Assembly (NCBI GenBank): GCA_039809865.1
Contig: JBDHVW010000005.1
Coordinates: forward strand, 10,671 to 74,670
Reading direction: 5' to 3'
DNA from: Vulcanimicrobiota bacterium
GTDB lineage: Bacteria; Vulcanimicrobiota; Xenobia; Xenobiales; QWHO01
Length of the DNA: 64,000 bases
Position numbers and translations under genes: made by a program. A model generated the notes under the pieces. The model was not told the DNA's origin, did no database searches, and worked only from the letters and a program-made list of their open reading frames with translations. This document shows positions 1-8,346 of the stretch, piece by piece; the first letter of the stretch is position 1, and every line of letters begins with the position of its first letter.

Positions 1-25
1 CGCGGCCTCCGCGGCCGAGCCGCTT

Positions 26-1501
26 TCAATTAGCGCCATTGACTCCTCCTAAGTTGCGTAGTGCCCCTCGGTCCACCTTGCCCAGATGGGTGCGGGGCAA
101 GCTGGTCAAAAAATAAATCTTGCGAGGATGCTTGTAGGCATCGAGTTGAGACAGGACATGGTCTTTCAAGACCTGCTCGAGCGCCGCGTCCCCCGCCTGG
201 TCGCTCACGACCCACGCGTGCGGGCGGATCAGCCCGTCGTCACAGGTCACGCCGACCACGCAGCATTCCTTGACGGCCGCGTGGGTCAGCAGGCAGCTCT
301 CCACCTCCTGGGGAGCGAGCCAGCGCCCGGCCACCTTGAGCATCTCGTCGCCCCGGCCGCAGTAGCGGAAGTACCCGTCCTCGTCCTGGGTGACCAGGTC
401 GCTCGAGACGAACCACGGCCCGCGCAGCGCCTCGTGCGACTTGTCGGCGGCCTGCCAGTAGCAGAGCCCGCGCGAATCGCCCTTGACCCACAGGCGTCCC
501 ACCTCTCCGCGCGGCACCTCGCGGCCCTCGTCGTCGGCCGCCTTCACCTCGAAGCCCGGCACGGCGACGCCCAGCGTGCCGGCGCGCGCTCCCCCGGGCG
601 GGTTGCTCAGGAAGATGTGCCACATCTCGGCCGTGCCCAGCCCGTCCAGCAGGTCCACGCCGAATATCTCGCCCCACTTGTGGAACAGCGCCTCGGGCAG
701 GGCCTCCCCGGCACTGGTGGAGAGCCGCAGGCAGCTCAGATCTTGCCGGGCTGCTTCGGGGTGATTCACCATGTGGTTCACGATCGTGGGCACGTTCACG
801 AGAATCGTGGGCCGATGCTTTTGGATTTGCTCGAACAGCACCTCGGCCGTGCATTTGTCGGGAAACAGCACGGCGCTGGCCCCGACCGAGAACGGGAAGA
901 TCAGGTTGGAGCCGGTGGCGTAGCCAAAGAACAGCTTGGGCACGCTCAAAGTGCGGTCCTGGCGGGAATACTTCAGGAACCGCTTGGCGTAGAGCTCGGT
1001 GGTGTTGTAGAAACTGCGATGGCTTTGCAGCACGGCCTTGGGCCGACCGGTGGTGCCGCCCGAGAACAGCCAGATCGCGATGTCGTCGCGGTGCGTGGGG
1101 TAGTTCACGAAACTCGTGGGCTGGCCGTCGGCTCCCTCTCCCGACTGCAACTTGAGCCGGGCGCGCGAGTAGGCCATCATGTCGGCCACTTCGGCCTCGG
1201 TGGAGGCCGGGTTCAGCATCACGACGGCGGCTCCGAGCTTGAGGGCGCCAAAGAGCCCGGCCACGTAATCCAGGCCATCGGGCATGCTGAGCAGCAGGCG
1301 ATCTTCGGCCTCCAGGCCCGCGGAACGCAGGAAGTTGGCCATCTGGTTGGCGCGCTCGTAGACCTGGCGATAGGTGTAGGTCTGCTCTCCTACGTGCAGA
1401 GCCGGCTGGTCGCCCAGCCCTTCGCTCAGACGGGCGTCGAGGCAGTATTCGGCCAGGTTGAATTGTTCGGGCGGCGGGTCAATGAGGCTTTTTGAGGACA
1501 T
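26..1501 (-). CDS. AMP-dependent synthetase/ligase (aryl-/acyl-CoA ligase family, benzoate-CoA ligase-like)
   Basis: 491-aa ORF with AMP-binding core motif (SGGTTGRPKAV) and adenylate-forming enzyme C-terminal motifs; natural amino-acid composition, unlike the antisense ORF 86..1495. Confidence 0.85.
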   Translation of the reverse strand: MSSKSLIDPPPEQFNLAEYCLDARLSEGLGDQPALHVGEQTYTYRQVYERANQMANFLRSAGLEAEDRLLLSMPDGLDYVAGLFGALKLGAAVVMLNPASTEAEVADMMAYSRARLKLQSGEGADGQPTSFVNYPTHRDDIAIWLFSGGTTGRPKAVLQSHRSFYNTTELYAKRFLKYSRQDRTLSVPKLFFGYATGSNLIFPFSVGASAVLFPDKCTAEVLFEQIQKHRPTILVNVPTIVNHMVNHPEAARQDLSCLRLSTSAGEALPEALFHKWGEIFGVDLLDGLGTAEMWHIFLSNPPGGARAGTLGVAVPGFEVKAADDEGREVPRGEVGRLWVKGDSRGLCYWQAADKSHEALRGPWFVSSDLVTQDEDGYFRYCGRGDEMLKVAGRWLAPQEVESCLLTHAAVKECCVVGVTCDDGLIRPHAWVVSDQAGDAALEQVLKDHVLSQLDAYKHPRKIYFLTSLPRTHLGKVDRGALRNLGGVNGAN

Positions 1502-2153
1502 CCTCGTCTTCCGTCATCGGCGGCGGAGGCATGAAGCCGCCGGCCTTGGGGGCGCTGAGCTCGCCTTCGTCTTCGGTCATCGGGGGGGGAGCCACGGCCT
1601 TCGGCGCCGCGGGGGGCAGCTCGGTATACTCGGGCAACGGGGGCGGGGGCGCAGGGGGGGCGGGGGCCTGCCCCGGGCTTCCCATGACCACGCCGGCTTT
1701 GCGCATGTCGAACAAGCGCTGCTCGAGCGCGCCTCCGAACTCTTCCGCCAGCTTCAGGTGCTTGTCCGTGAAGGCGCCCGCTTTGATGCGGTTGTCGACG
1801 TACAGCAGGCCCACGACCAGGCGCGAAGGATGGCGCAGGGGGACGCACAGGATGGAGCGCAGGTTGCTGAGCACCACGCTGGTGCGGTTGCCGAACTTGG
1901 GGTCGGAGCCCGCGTCCAGGAGAACGATCGATTTGCCTTCGCGGCGGACCGAGCGCAGCAGCTCCTGGCTGATCTCGGCCGTGGTGAAGACGGTTCCGGG
2001 CTCGATGCCGTGGGCGGCCTCCACCACCATCTCCTCGGCCTCTTTCTCTTGATAGAGAAAAAGGCACCGCTCTGCCGCCAGCTCGTCTCGCAAGAAGGAC
2101 AGCACTTGCTGGCACAGGGCGTCAAAGGTGTCGATGTGTGCGAGGTCCCACAT
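1479..2153 (-). CDS. GAF domain protein with Pro-rich C-terminal tail carrying a duplicated PPPMTEDE motif
   Basis: 224-aa ORF; the N-terminal ~150 aa resemble a GAF fold (LLDAGSDPKF...ILCVPL). The C-terminus holds a direct repeat PPPMTEDEGEL / PPPPMTEDEDVL, mirrored by an 18-bp DNA direct repeat at ~1504 and ~1566. Confidence 0.65.
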   Translation of the reverse strand: MWDLAHIDTFDALCQQVLSFLRDELAAERCLFLYQEKEAEEMVVEAAHGIEPGTVFTTAEISQELLRSVRREGKSIVLLDAGSDPKFGNRTSVVLSNLRSILCVPLRHPSRLVVGLLYVDNRIKAGAFTDKHLKLAEEFGGALEQRLFDMRKAGVVMGSPGQAPAPPAPPPPLPEYTELPPAAPKAVAPPPMTEDEGELSAPKAGGFMPPPPMTEDEDVLKKPH

Positions 2154-2231
2154 AGTCGGCGCATTTTCGGCGACTCCGGCAGGGGCACCTTTCGGGTGGG
2201 GAGAATAGGCGGTGCTTTACGGAGGAACGCT

Positions 2232-2615
2232 ATGTCGCTGAAAGATGTGGGCAAGACCACGCCCATCGTGGAAGTCATTCGCCGCGTGCTCGAAAAGCAG
2301 GCCAAACCGATGTCCCTGGAAGAGCTGACCATGCACGTCATGGAGTCGTGGGGTCGCGACTTCCCGAACAATCCCTACGAGGACGTCAGCTTGATCTACA
2401 AGCTGGCCACCCGCGTCCTGCAGTGCCAGGTGCACTTTGACGAGACCGGGGGCGAGCCGCCCACGGTGCAGGCCGAGGATGCCCGTCCCGAGCCGATGAA
2501 CCAGGTGCCCTTCCTGACCTCGACGCAGCTCAACGTCATCCTCGACCAGCTGCGGCACGTCAAATTGTCGGTGGGCGAGCCCGTGGCCGCCGGCACGGCC
2601 GGCAAGAAGAAGTAA
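2232..2615 (+). CDS. hypothetical small protein (possible HARE-HTH-like helix-turn-helix N-terminus)
   Basis: 127-aa ORF starting at ATG 2232, preceded by GGAGG 7 nt upstream. The N-terminal pattern TPIVEVIRRVLEKQAKPMSLEELTMHV resembles HARE-HTH domains. Confidence 0.55.
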   Translation: MSLKDVGKTTPIVEVIRRVLEKQAKPMSLEELTMHVMESWGRDFPNNPYEDVSLIYKLATRVLQCQVHFDETGGEPPTVQAEDARPEPMNQVPFLTSTQLNVILDQLRHVKLSVGEPVAAGTAGKKK

Positions 2616-2701
2616 TTCTCAAACGGATCCTGCGGGAGGCGGAGGGGAAAGGCCTCGTCGAGGCCCTGACCGAGCTTTCCCAGCGCGACTTCGATTCGCT
2701 G

Positions 2702-3604
2702 TTGCTGCACGTTTTCGAGCGGCGCACGGCGGAGATGGAGCCGGTGGAGCTGCTGCGACGCTTCGAGGAGAAGCGGACCAGCCGGCCTGTTCGGGCCGAT
2801 GCTCGCCGGCTCCATTCCTTTGAGGCCGAGCTGCTCACGTCGGCTGAAGCGTTCGAAGCTGTCGCCCTGGGGCCGGTGGTGCCGTTGGGAGCGACCCGGG
2901 CTCTGGGGGGAATCCATCCCAATAACGTGCTGGCGGGGGTGCGCGGCCACGAAGTGCAGAGTGACCCCAGCGTGTGGTTGGCGCTCGAGGCGGCGCGGCG
3001 GCGGCGGGCTTCCCGCCAGGAGGCAGTCCACCTCTGCGCCTCGCAGCGCGTGATCCGGATGCAGCCTCTGCCCAATCCCGATTTGCTGCCGCACTTCACG
3101 CTCTTCGCCTGTCTCTCGGCCAGCCGGGGCGGTTCGCCCCTCGAGGTCATGCGCCGCCACGCTGGCGTCTATTTGCGCGTCTTGAGGAGGGTGGCCCGGC
3201 GCGTGGTGCTCGAGGTTTCCGACGTCCGCCGGGTGCGCTCTTTACTGGCCTCCCACGGCGTGGAGGTGAGCGGGCAGTTCAAAGCCCACGACCTGGAGGG
3301 CTCGAAGCGCTATCTGGCCTCGCGAAATATCGAGCTGCCGCGCGGTCGCGGGCTGGACCCGGGCCTGGAGACCTCCGTGTTGGAGCCTCTGGAGCGCCTG
3401 TTCCCCGGCGTGGAGATGGTGGTCGACCTGGCGCGCACCGAGGGACTGGGCTATTACACCGGTCCGGTCATGCGCGTGATGGCCGATGGTCACCACATGG
3501 TGGATGGCGGGTTGCTCGACTGGACGGCCCGCCTGTTGTGCGACCGCTCCGAGTGGTGCTTCTCGAGCGGCATCGGGGTGGACCGCCTCGCGCTGGAGTT
3601 CTGA
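2702..3604 (+). CDS. hypothetical protein (5' end uncertain)
   Basis: 300-aa ORF with natural composition. The reading frame stays open and protein-like upstream of the annotated TTG start, so the true start or a frameshift relative to 2232..2615 is unresolved. Confidence 0.5.
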   Translation: MLHVFERRTAEMEPVELLRRFEEKRTSRPVRADARRLHSFEAELLTSAEAFEAVALGPVVPLGATRALGGIHPNNVLAGVRGHEVQSDPSVWLALEAARRRRASRQEAVHLCASQRVIRMQPLPNPDLLPHFTLFACLSASRGGSPLEVMRRHAGVYLRVLRRVARRVVLEVSDVRRVRSLLASHGVEVSGQFKAHDLEGSKRYLASRNIELPRGRGLDPGLETSVLEPLERLFPGVEMVVDLARTEGLGYYTGPVMRVMADGHHMVDGGLLDWTARLLCDRSEWCFSSGIGVDRLALEF

Positions 3605-3636
3605 ACTCTTTCAGCGCTGGCCCTTAGGGTAAGCGG

Positions 3637-4365
3637 GTGAAGATCGATCCCGTTCGGTCGTATTTGCGTGCGCCTTCGCTGGCGCGGGCCCTGCCCGCGC
3701 CGGTGGATCGTTTCGTGCAGGGAGTGCGCGCGCTGGCTCCGGTAGCCCGGGGGACCGCCATGATTGGCTCCCTACCCGCTCTCGTGATGGCCGGCGTCCT
3801 GGGGGGAGCTGTGGTCGCCTGGACGTTGACCGCGGGGGCCAACCCGGTGATGGCCGCGGTGGCTGCTGGTAGCTCGGTCGCCCTTATGGGCCAGGCCGCT
3901 GCCGCAGCGCCGGTCACGGCCAAAGCTCTCATGGTGCTGGGCGGAGCCACGGGCCTCGGTGTGTGGATGCGGGGCGGCCTCGCGGCTCATCCCGCCGCCC
4001 GCGTGGCGGCCTCCATCCTGGGCGGCTTCGGGCTGATCGCCGGCGCGACCGGGTCCGTCGTCCTGGCCGGCAGTCTCGGGATGGCGCTGGGTCCCGGTCT
4101 CATCGCCGTGGGTCTGGCGGGAGGTTTGGCCGGGGGCTACGGGGGCATGCAGTTGGCCGGCTGCGCTAGCAAAGGGATAGGCGTCTTGGTGGACCGGGCG
4201 CTCGCGCCCAAGAGGCTGGAAGCGATGAACCAGGAGCAGCTCCGCGCCTCGGTCGCCGACCTGCGCGACGGCCTGAAGCCACGGACCTCCACCGTGGTCG
4301 AGGAGTCCCAGGGCAAGGTCGTCATCGGCGGCGTCAAGCTCCGCCGCCGCGAGGTCCGCTCGTGA
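3637..4365 (+). CDS. Gly/Ala-rich predicted integral membrane protein with C-terminal IGGVKLRRR motif
   Basis: 242-aa ORF with several Gly-zipper-like hydrophobic segments. Its stop overlaps the GTG start of the downstream YwbE gene (GTGA). The alternative start is Met42 (MIGSLPAL). Confidence 0.5.
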   Translation: MKIDPVRSYLRAPSLARALPAPVDRFVQGVRALAPVARGTAMIGSLPALVMAGVLGGAVVAWTLTAGANPVMAAVAAGSSVALMGQAAAAAPVTAKALMVLGGATGLGVWMRGGLAAHPAARVAASILGGFGLIAGATGSVVLAGSLGMALGPGLIAVGLAGGLAGGYGGMQLAGCASKGIGVLVDRALAPKRLEAMNQEQLRASVADLRDGLKPRTSTVVEESQGKVVIGGVKLRRREVRS

Positions 4366-4556
4366 GCGCCCCGACCCGGGCCCAGTTGCGCGTCGGCCTG
4401 CGGGTGGCCATCGTTCTCAAGGCGGACCAGCGCACCGGCAAGCGCACCGAGGGCGTCATCGCAGAGTTCCTGACGAAGTCGCCCACGCATCCGCACGGGA
4501 TCAAGGTCCGCCTGGCGGACGGCCAGGTAGGGCGCGTGCAGGAAATCCTGGGCTAG
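4362..4556 (+). CDS. YwbE/DUF2196 family protein
   Basis: 64-aa ORF with the family hallmark ...GKRTEGVIAEFLTKSPTHPHGIKVRLADGQVGRVQEI...; translationally coupled to the upstream gene. Confidence 0.75.
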   Translation: MSAPTRAQLRVGLRVAIVLKADQRTGKRTEGVIAEFLTKSPTHPHGIKVRLADGQVGRVQEILG

Positions 4557-4595
4557 CTTCAGCCCCTTTTCAGCGCCTGATCTTAAGCTCGAAGC

Positions 4596-7022
4596 ATGGT
4601 GATCCGTCCGGACATGGTCAGCCTCAGGCTGGCGCAGCCGCAGCCCGCGGGGCTGCGCGAGGATGTGCACGCGCTGGACAAGTGGGTGCAGGCGCCGAAC
4701 CGCTTCGGCTTCCACGAGCCGCCGGCGGTGGCCGACGTGGCCCGAGAGTTGCGGTCGCGCGGTCCCGAGGAGGAGACCCTGCGGGGCGCGGCTCACCTGG
4801 CGTACACGTTTCAGGCGCACGGCCAGTCGCCCGAGCCGTTCGTGCAGATCGTGCACGACTGGCAGTCGGAGGGTCTGATCGCGGGACCGGCCGACCTGAC
4901 GCAGCGCATCCTGCAGGAGCGCGTCCCGGTGGAGGGCACCTCCGTGAGCACGCCCGCCGCTCCGGAGTTCTCGCCGCTGGCCCAGCAGTTCATCCCCGCG
5001 AAGGTCGGCTACTTCCTGGACGGCCAGGACGAGGCCAAAGCTTACGCCAAACTGGCCAAGGACGATCCCCAGACGGCCAGCCGGATCTTTCCCGCCCTGC
5101 TGCACCAGTCGGGCCTGGCGCGCGGCGAGGCGGCCGGACGGTTGCTCGTCCCCGCTCTCTTCGAGCAGGCCTCCACCTCGCCCGAGCTCAAGAAGGTGCT
5201 CGAGCAGCACGTGGACCTGATGCTGACCGTCATTCCCGAGGCCCAGGCCCGGGGTTGCCTGGGCCGCCCCAAGGTGGAGAGCCAGAACACGGTGGTCTCC
5301 AACTCGCTGGGCTACAGCGGTCTTTTCCGCGGGCTCGCCACCCTGACCCCGCTGACCGTCGAGTTCGTGGACAGCCAGGTCAAGCCGTTCCTGCAAGGTC
5401 CCGATCGCGATTGGCGTCTGGGCGGCTTCAGCTTCCTGACCCAGCAGCTCCCGAAACACCCCGAGCTGGCCGAGCACGCCGTCGAGCTGGCGCTGCCGTT
5501 CAGCGAGACCGATGACGAGCACCAGCTGATCCTGGAGGCGGCCAATCAGGGCTGGCGTCCGGACGCGGGTCAGAAGCAGCTCTTGTTCTCTCGCCTGGAA
5601 GACAAGGAGTCGGGGAGCTTCCATCGCACCGCGCGCCTGCTGGGCAAGCTGTGCGGCGAGCATCCCGACCTCCTGGACCCCTCCGAGCGGCGCCGGGTCG
5701 CCGAGACGGTGCTGGCCCGCCAGGAGCTGGCCTCGTCGCTCTGCGATCCGGACCCGCCCAGCGCTTCCTGTGTGCACGCCCTGAAAGCTTTCACCCCCGA
5801 GCTGCGCGAGCTGGCCGAAGCGCGCATCCAGACGCTCGAGCCCGCGCAGCTCTTGCAGGACGCCAATACGCTGGCTTTGACCTCGTTCGTCCAGCTGGAT
5901 CTTGGCGACATCGCGCACAAGCTGCGTCCTCTGCTCGTCAGCGGGGAGTCCGAGCCGGGCGCGGCCCGCGTGGCCGTCGGCCGGATGCGCGATCGGCTGC
6001 TGAGCGAAGGTGGGACGCCCCGCGAGCTGATGCTGCTCAACCTGGGGCGCGCCGCGACGCACGTCTCGCCGCGCGAGAAGCAGCGCGAGATGGCGATTCA
6101 CGAGCGGATCCTGGAGCTGGCGGGCGAGCTGCCGGTCGGTCCCGTGCCCGAGAAGCCGCTCAAGGAGCTGAGCGCGGTCGAGCTGGCAGACCTTGCCCTG
6201 AATCCGCCCGACCCGGATGCCCTGGCCGACCAGCTGGCCGACTACAGCCAGCCCGACCGGATGCAGATCGCCTGCGCCGGCCTGCAGCGCGTGGCGCTCG
6301 AGCGCGGCCTCGTGCGGCTGCTGTCGGATGCGCCGCCGCCCGAGCGGTTGAAGGCTTTCCGGCAGGCGGTCGTGGCCGTGAACCAGGGCGGCCTGGGCCG
6401 TTTCGAGGAGTTGCAGGAGGCCTGGCTGAGCGGCTTCCCCGACCTGACGAGTTGGGGAGACTCGAAACTTTCGGTGGCCGCCGAGCTGGCCGGGTGCTCC
6501 CCCGACCGCGACTCGCTGGACCGCCATCATTCTCGCTTGCTGCGTCTCCAGGGCCCCGACACCGAGCAGGCTCTGTCGGATTACCGCCAGCTGCGCGACA
6601 TGGCCCGGGACCTGGACGGCGCCACCGATCGCATGGCTGAGCTACGGGAGCGTTTTGGCGAGGAGGCGCGTGCGATGTCCGCCTTCATCGAGGACCGGCC
6701 CAGGCCCGAGGACGATTTCCGCCGCTACGCCGAGCTGACCGGCACCCTGGCCGACCGCGCGCTGGTCGAGAGCAGCTTCCGCCGCGGCCACTCCGAGCAC
6801 CTCGAGCACCTGACCGCCGCCACCCGGGATCGGGAGACCGCTCTGAAGACCTGGACCGCCATCCTGCCCCGCCTGGAGGCCGGCGAGCGCTACGAGGACA
6901 TCTACCTCTCCGAGCTCGGCGTCACCCTGGGCAAAGCCAGACAGGATTCCTCGAGCATCGCCCTGGGAGACAAGAACATCACGATCGGCGGCGTGCGCCT
7001 GCCGACCCGCAAGCGCGGCTGA
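4596..7022 (+). CDS. hypothetical protein (808 aa), C-terminal ITIGGVRLPTRKRG motif
   Basis: Long ORF with natural composition and an ATG start; I recognise no domain. The C-terminus resembles that of the protein at 3637..4365. Confidence 0.7.
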   Translation: MVIRPDMVSLRLAQPQPAGLREDVHALDKWVQAPNRFGFHEPPAVADVARELRSRGPEEETLRGAAHLAYTFQAHGQSPEPFVQIVHDWQSEGLIAGPADLTQRILQERVPVEGTSVSTPAAPEFSPLAQQFIPAKVGYFLDGQDEAKAYAKLAKDDPQTASRIFPALLHQSGLARGEAAGRLLVPALFEQASTSPELKKVLEQHVDLMLTVIPEAQARGCLGRPKVESQNTVVSNSLGYSGLFRGLATLTPLTVEFVDSQVKPFLQGPDRDWRLGGFSFLTQQLPKHPELAEHAVELALPFSETDDEHQLILEAANQGWRPDAGQKQLLFSRLEDKESGSFHRTARLLGKLCGEHPDLLDPSERRRVAETVLARQELASSLCDPDPPSASCVHALKAFTPELRELAEARIQTLEPAQLLQDANTLALTSFVQLDLGDIAHKLRPLLVSGESEPGAARVAVGRMRDRLLSEGGTPRELMLLNLGRAATHVSPREKQREMAIHERILELAGELPVGPVPEKPLKELSAVELADLALNPPDPDALADQLADYSQPDRMQIACAGLQRVALERGLVRLLSDAPPPERLKAFRQAVVAVNQGGLGRFEELQEAWLSGFPDLTSWGDSKLSVAAELAGCSPDRDSLDRHHSRLLRLQGPDTEQALSDYRQLRDMARDLDGATDRMAELRERFGEEARAMSAFIEDRPRPEDDFRRYAELTGTLADRALVESSFRRGHSEHLEHLTAATRDRETALKTWTAILPRLEAGERYEDIYLSELGVTLGKARQDSSSIALGDKNITIGGVRLPTRKRG

Positions 7023-7065
7023 CGAAGCTGCCCGAGCACGGGAAACGGCCGCCCAAACCGGGTCG

Positions 7066-7210
7066 GAGTCGTTCCGGAAATGTGAGATTCTTCCAAAACT
7101 GGAACGAGGTCGTTCCCAAGACGCGAGATTCTGCCAAAACGAACGGAACTCTCGCGCGCATAGAAACCCCCACGATGCCGCCGGCACGGGCTGAAAATTT
7201 CCGGGAACCT
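7066..7210. promoter_or_regulatory. cluster of palindromes and direct repeats upstream of the DoxX gene
   Basis: Four elements lie 50-190 bp upstream of the DoxX ATG: TTCCGGAA (7072-7079); a perfect inverted repeat GGAACGA-GG-TCGTTCC (7101-7116); a 16-bp direct repeat GAGATTCT(T/G)CCAAAAC (7084-7099 and 7125-7140); and TTCCGGGAA (7199-7207). Confidence 0.3.
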
Positions 7211-7262
7211 TTTTCGCAAACTTTCGTTGATCGGTTCAGAACGACATCGGAGGAGCCAAACC

Positions 7263-7751
7263 ATGCTGGAGAAACTCGATCAGAAGCTGCAATACCTCAA
7301 CGCGGTCCCGCCCCTGGCCAGCCGCATCACCGTGGGAATCGGATTCTTCCTCACCGGCTCGGGCAAGCTCGCCCACCTGGACCGGTTCACGGAGTTCCTG
7401 ACCAGCCTGCACATCCCGCTGGCGGCGCTGCAGGCGCCGTTCATCGCCGGGCTGGAGTATGTGGGCGGCATTCTGCTGCTGCTCGGGCTTTTCACGCGCC
7501 CGATCGCCTTCTTGCTGAGCGGCACCATGGTGGTCGCTCTGCTCACGGCGGACACGGCGCGCTTTCTGGACAGTTGGAAGAAGACCAGCGACATCGTGCC
7601 GACGGACGTGACCTCGTTCGCCTACCTGCTGCTGTTGAGCTGGCTCGTGTTTTACGGCGCGGGCGCAGTCAGCCTGGACCGGCTCGTGATCAAGCCGCTG
7701 GCGAAGAAACTCGCGTGGCCGTCCACCCGTGAGGCCCTTCAGCCAGCCTGA
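7263..7751 (+). CDS. DoxX family membrane protein
   Basis: Start taken at MLEKLDQ... (ATG 7263). Four predicted TM helices and a DoxX-like pattern (GIGFFLTGSGKLAHLD...GGILLLLGLFTR). Confidence 0.8.
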   Translation: MLEKLDQKLQYLNAVPPLASRITVGIGFFLTGSGKLAHLDRFTEFLTSLHIPLAALQAPFIAGLEYVGGILLLLGLFTRPIAFLLSGTMVVALLTADTARFLDSWKKTSDIVPTDVTSFAYLLLLSWLVFYGAGAVSLDRLVIKPLAKKLAWPSTREALQPA

Positions 7752-8340
7752 TCCCTCGCTCGGCCAGGCGCCCCAGGATGAGCTGGCGCGCCGAGCCCTG
7801 CATCGGAACGAGATCGGGCGCCGCGCCCGAGGCCACCTCGGCCTTCAGCCCGGCGAATTGCTCCGGACCACGCCCGTAGCCAACGGCCCCGCCGTGGGTC
7901 GCGGGCTTTCTCTGCTCGGTCGCGTCGGCGAAAAAGAAGTCCAGGTCGGAGTGCACCCCGAAGCTGCCGGTGGCGGCGCTGCCGAAGGCCAGGAACTCGC
8001 GCGGATAGGCCGGGAGCCCGGCCTTGAAGGCCTCGAAGTCGCCGTCCAGGCGCACCACGTGCTCGCCGACCTCCTGGTCGCTGTAAGGCTTGCGGATGTC
8101 GCGGCGCAGTTTCTCGAACATGCGCGACTGCTCGCGGGCGCCCGGCTCGCCTTCGTCGGCGCGACGCATGAGATCGTTGCCGGTGCGGAACAGCCAGTCA
8201 CCAAGCTCCTGACGGCTCTCGAGAGCTCCCGACGGGGGGGAGCTCGCCAGGAACGAATCGAGGTTGGCTTCCAGCACCCGGTGGCGCTCGGGTTTCAGGT
8301 CGAGGAGATTGAGGATGCGCTGGGCACCGATCCGGTCCAT
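7690..8340 (-). CDS. hypothetical protein with nucleotidyltransferase-like motif (GS-x10-DLD)
   Basis: 216-aa ORF containing FGSAATGSFGVHSDLDFFF, which matches the Pol-beta-superfamily NTase signature hG[GS]x9-13Dh[DE]. It overlaps the DoxX 3' end by ~60 bp on the opposite strand, and the antisense ORF 7729..9597 is junk-like. The call is uncertain. Confidence 0.45.
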   Translation of the reverse strand: MDRIGAQRILNLLDLKPERHRVLEANLDSFLASSPPSGALESRQELGDWLFRTGNDLMRRADEGEPGAREQSRMFEKLRRDIRKPYSDQEVGEHVVRLDGDFEAFKAGLPAYPREFLAFGSAATGSFGVHSDLDFFFADATEQRKPATHGGAVGYGRGPEQFAGLKAEVASGAAPDLVPMQGSARQLILGRLAERGIRLAEGPHGWTATRVSSPAA

Positions 8341-8346
8341 GAGAGA

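Noticed and set aside
86-1495. 469-aa plus-strand ORF antisense to the CoA ligase gene
   Set aside because: Arg/Gly/Ala/Pro-dominated low-complexity translation typical of antisense frames in high-GC DNA. The minus-strand ORF has clear AMP-binding motifs.
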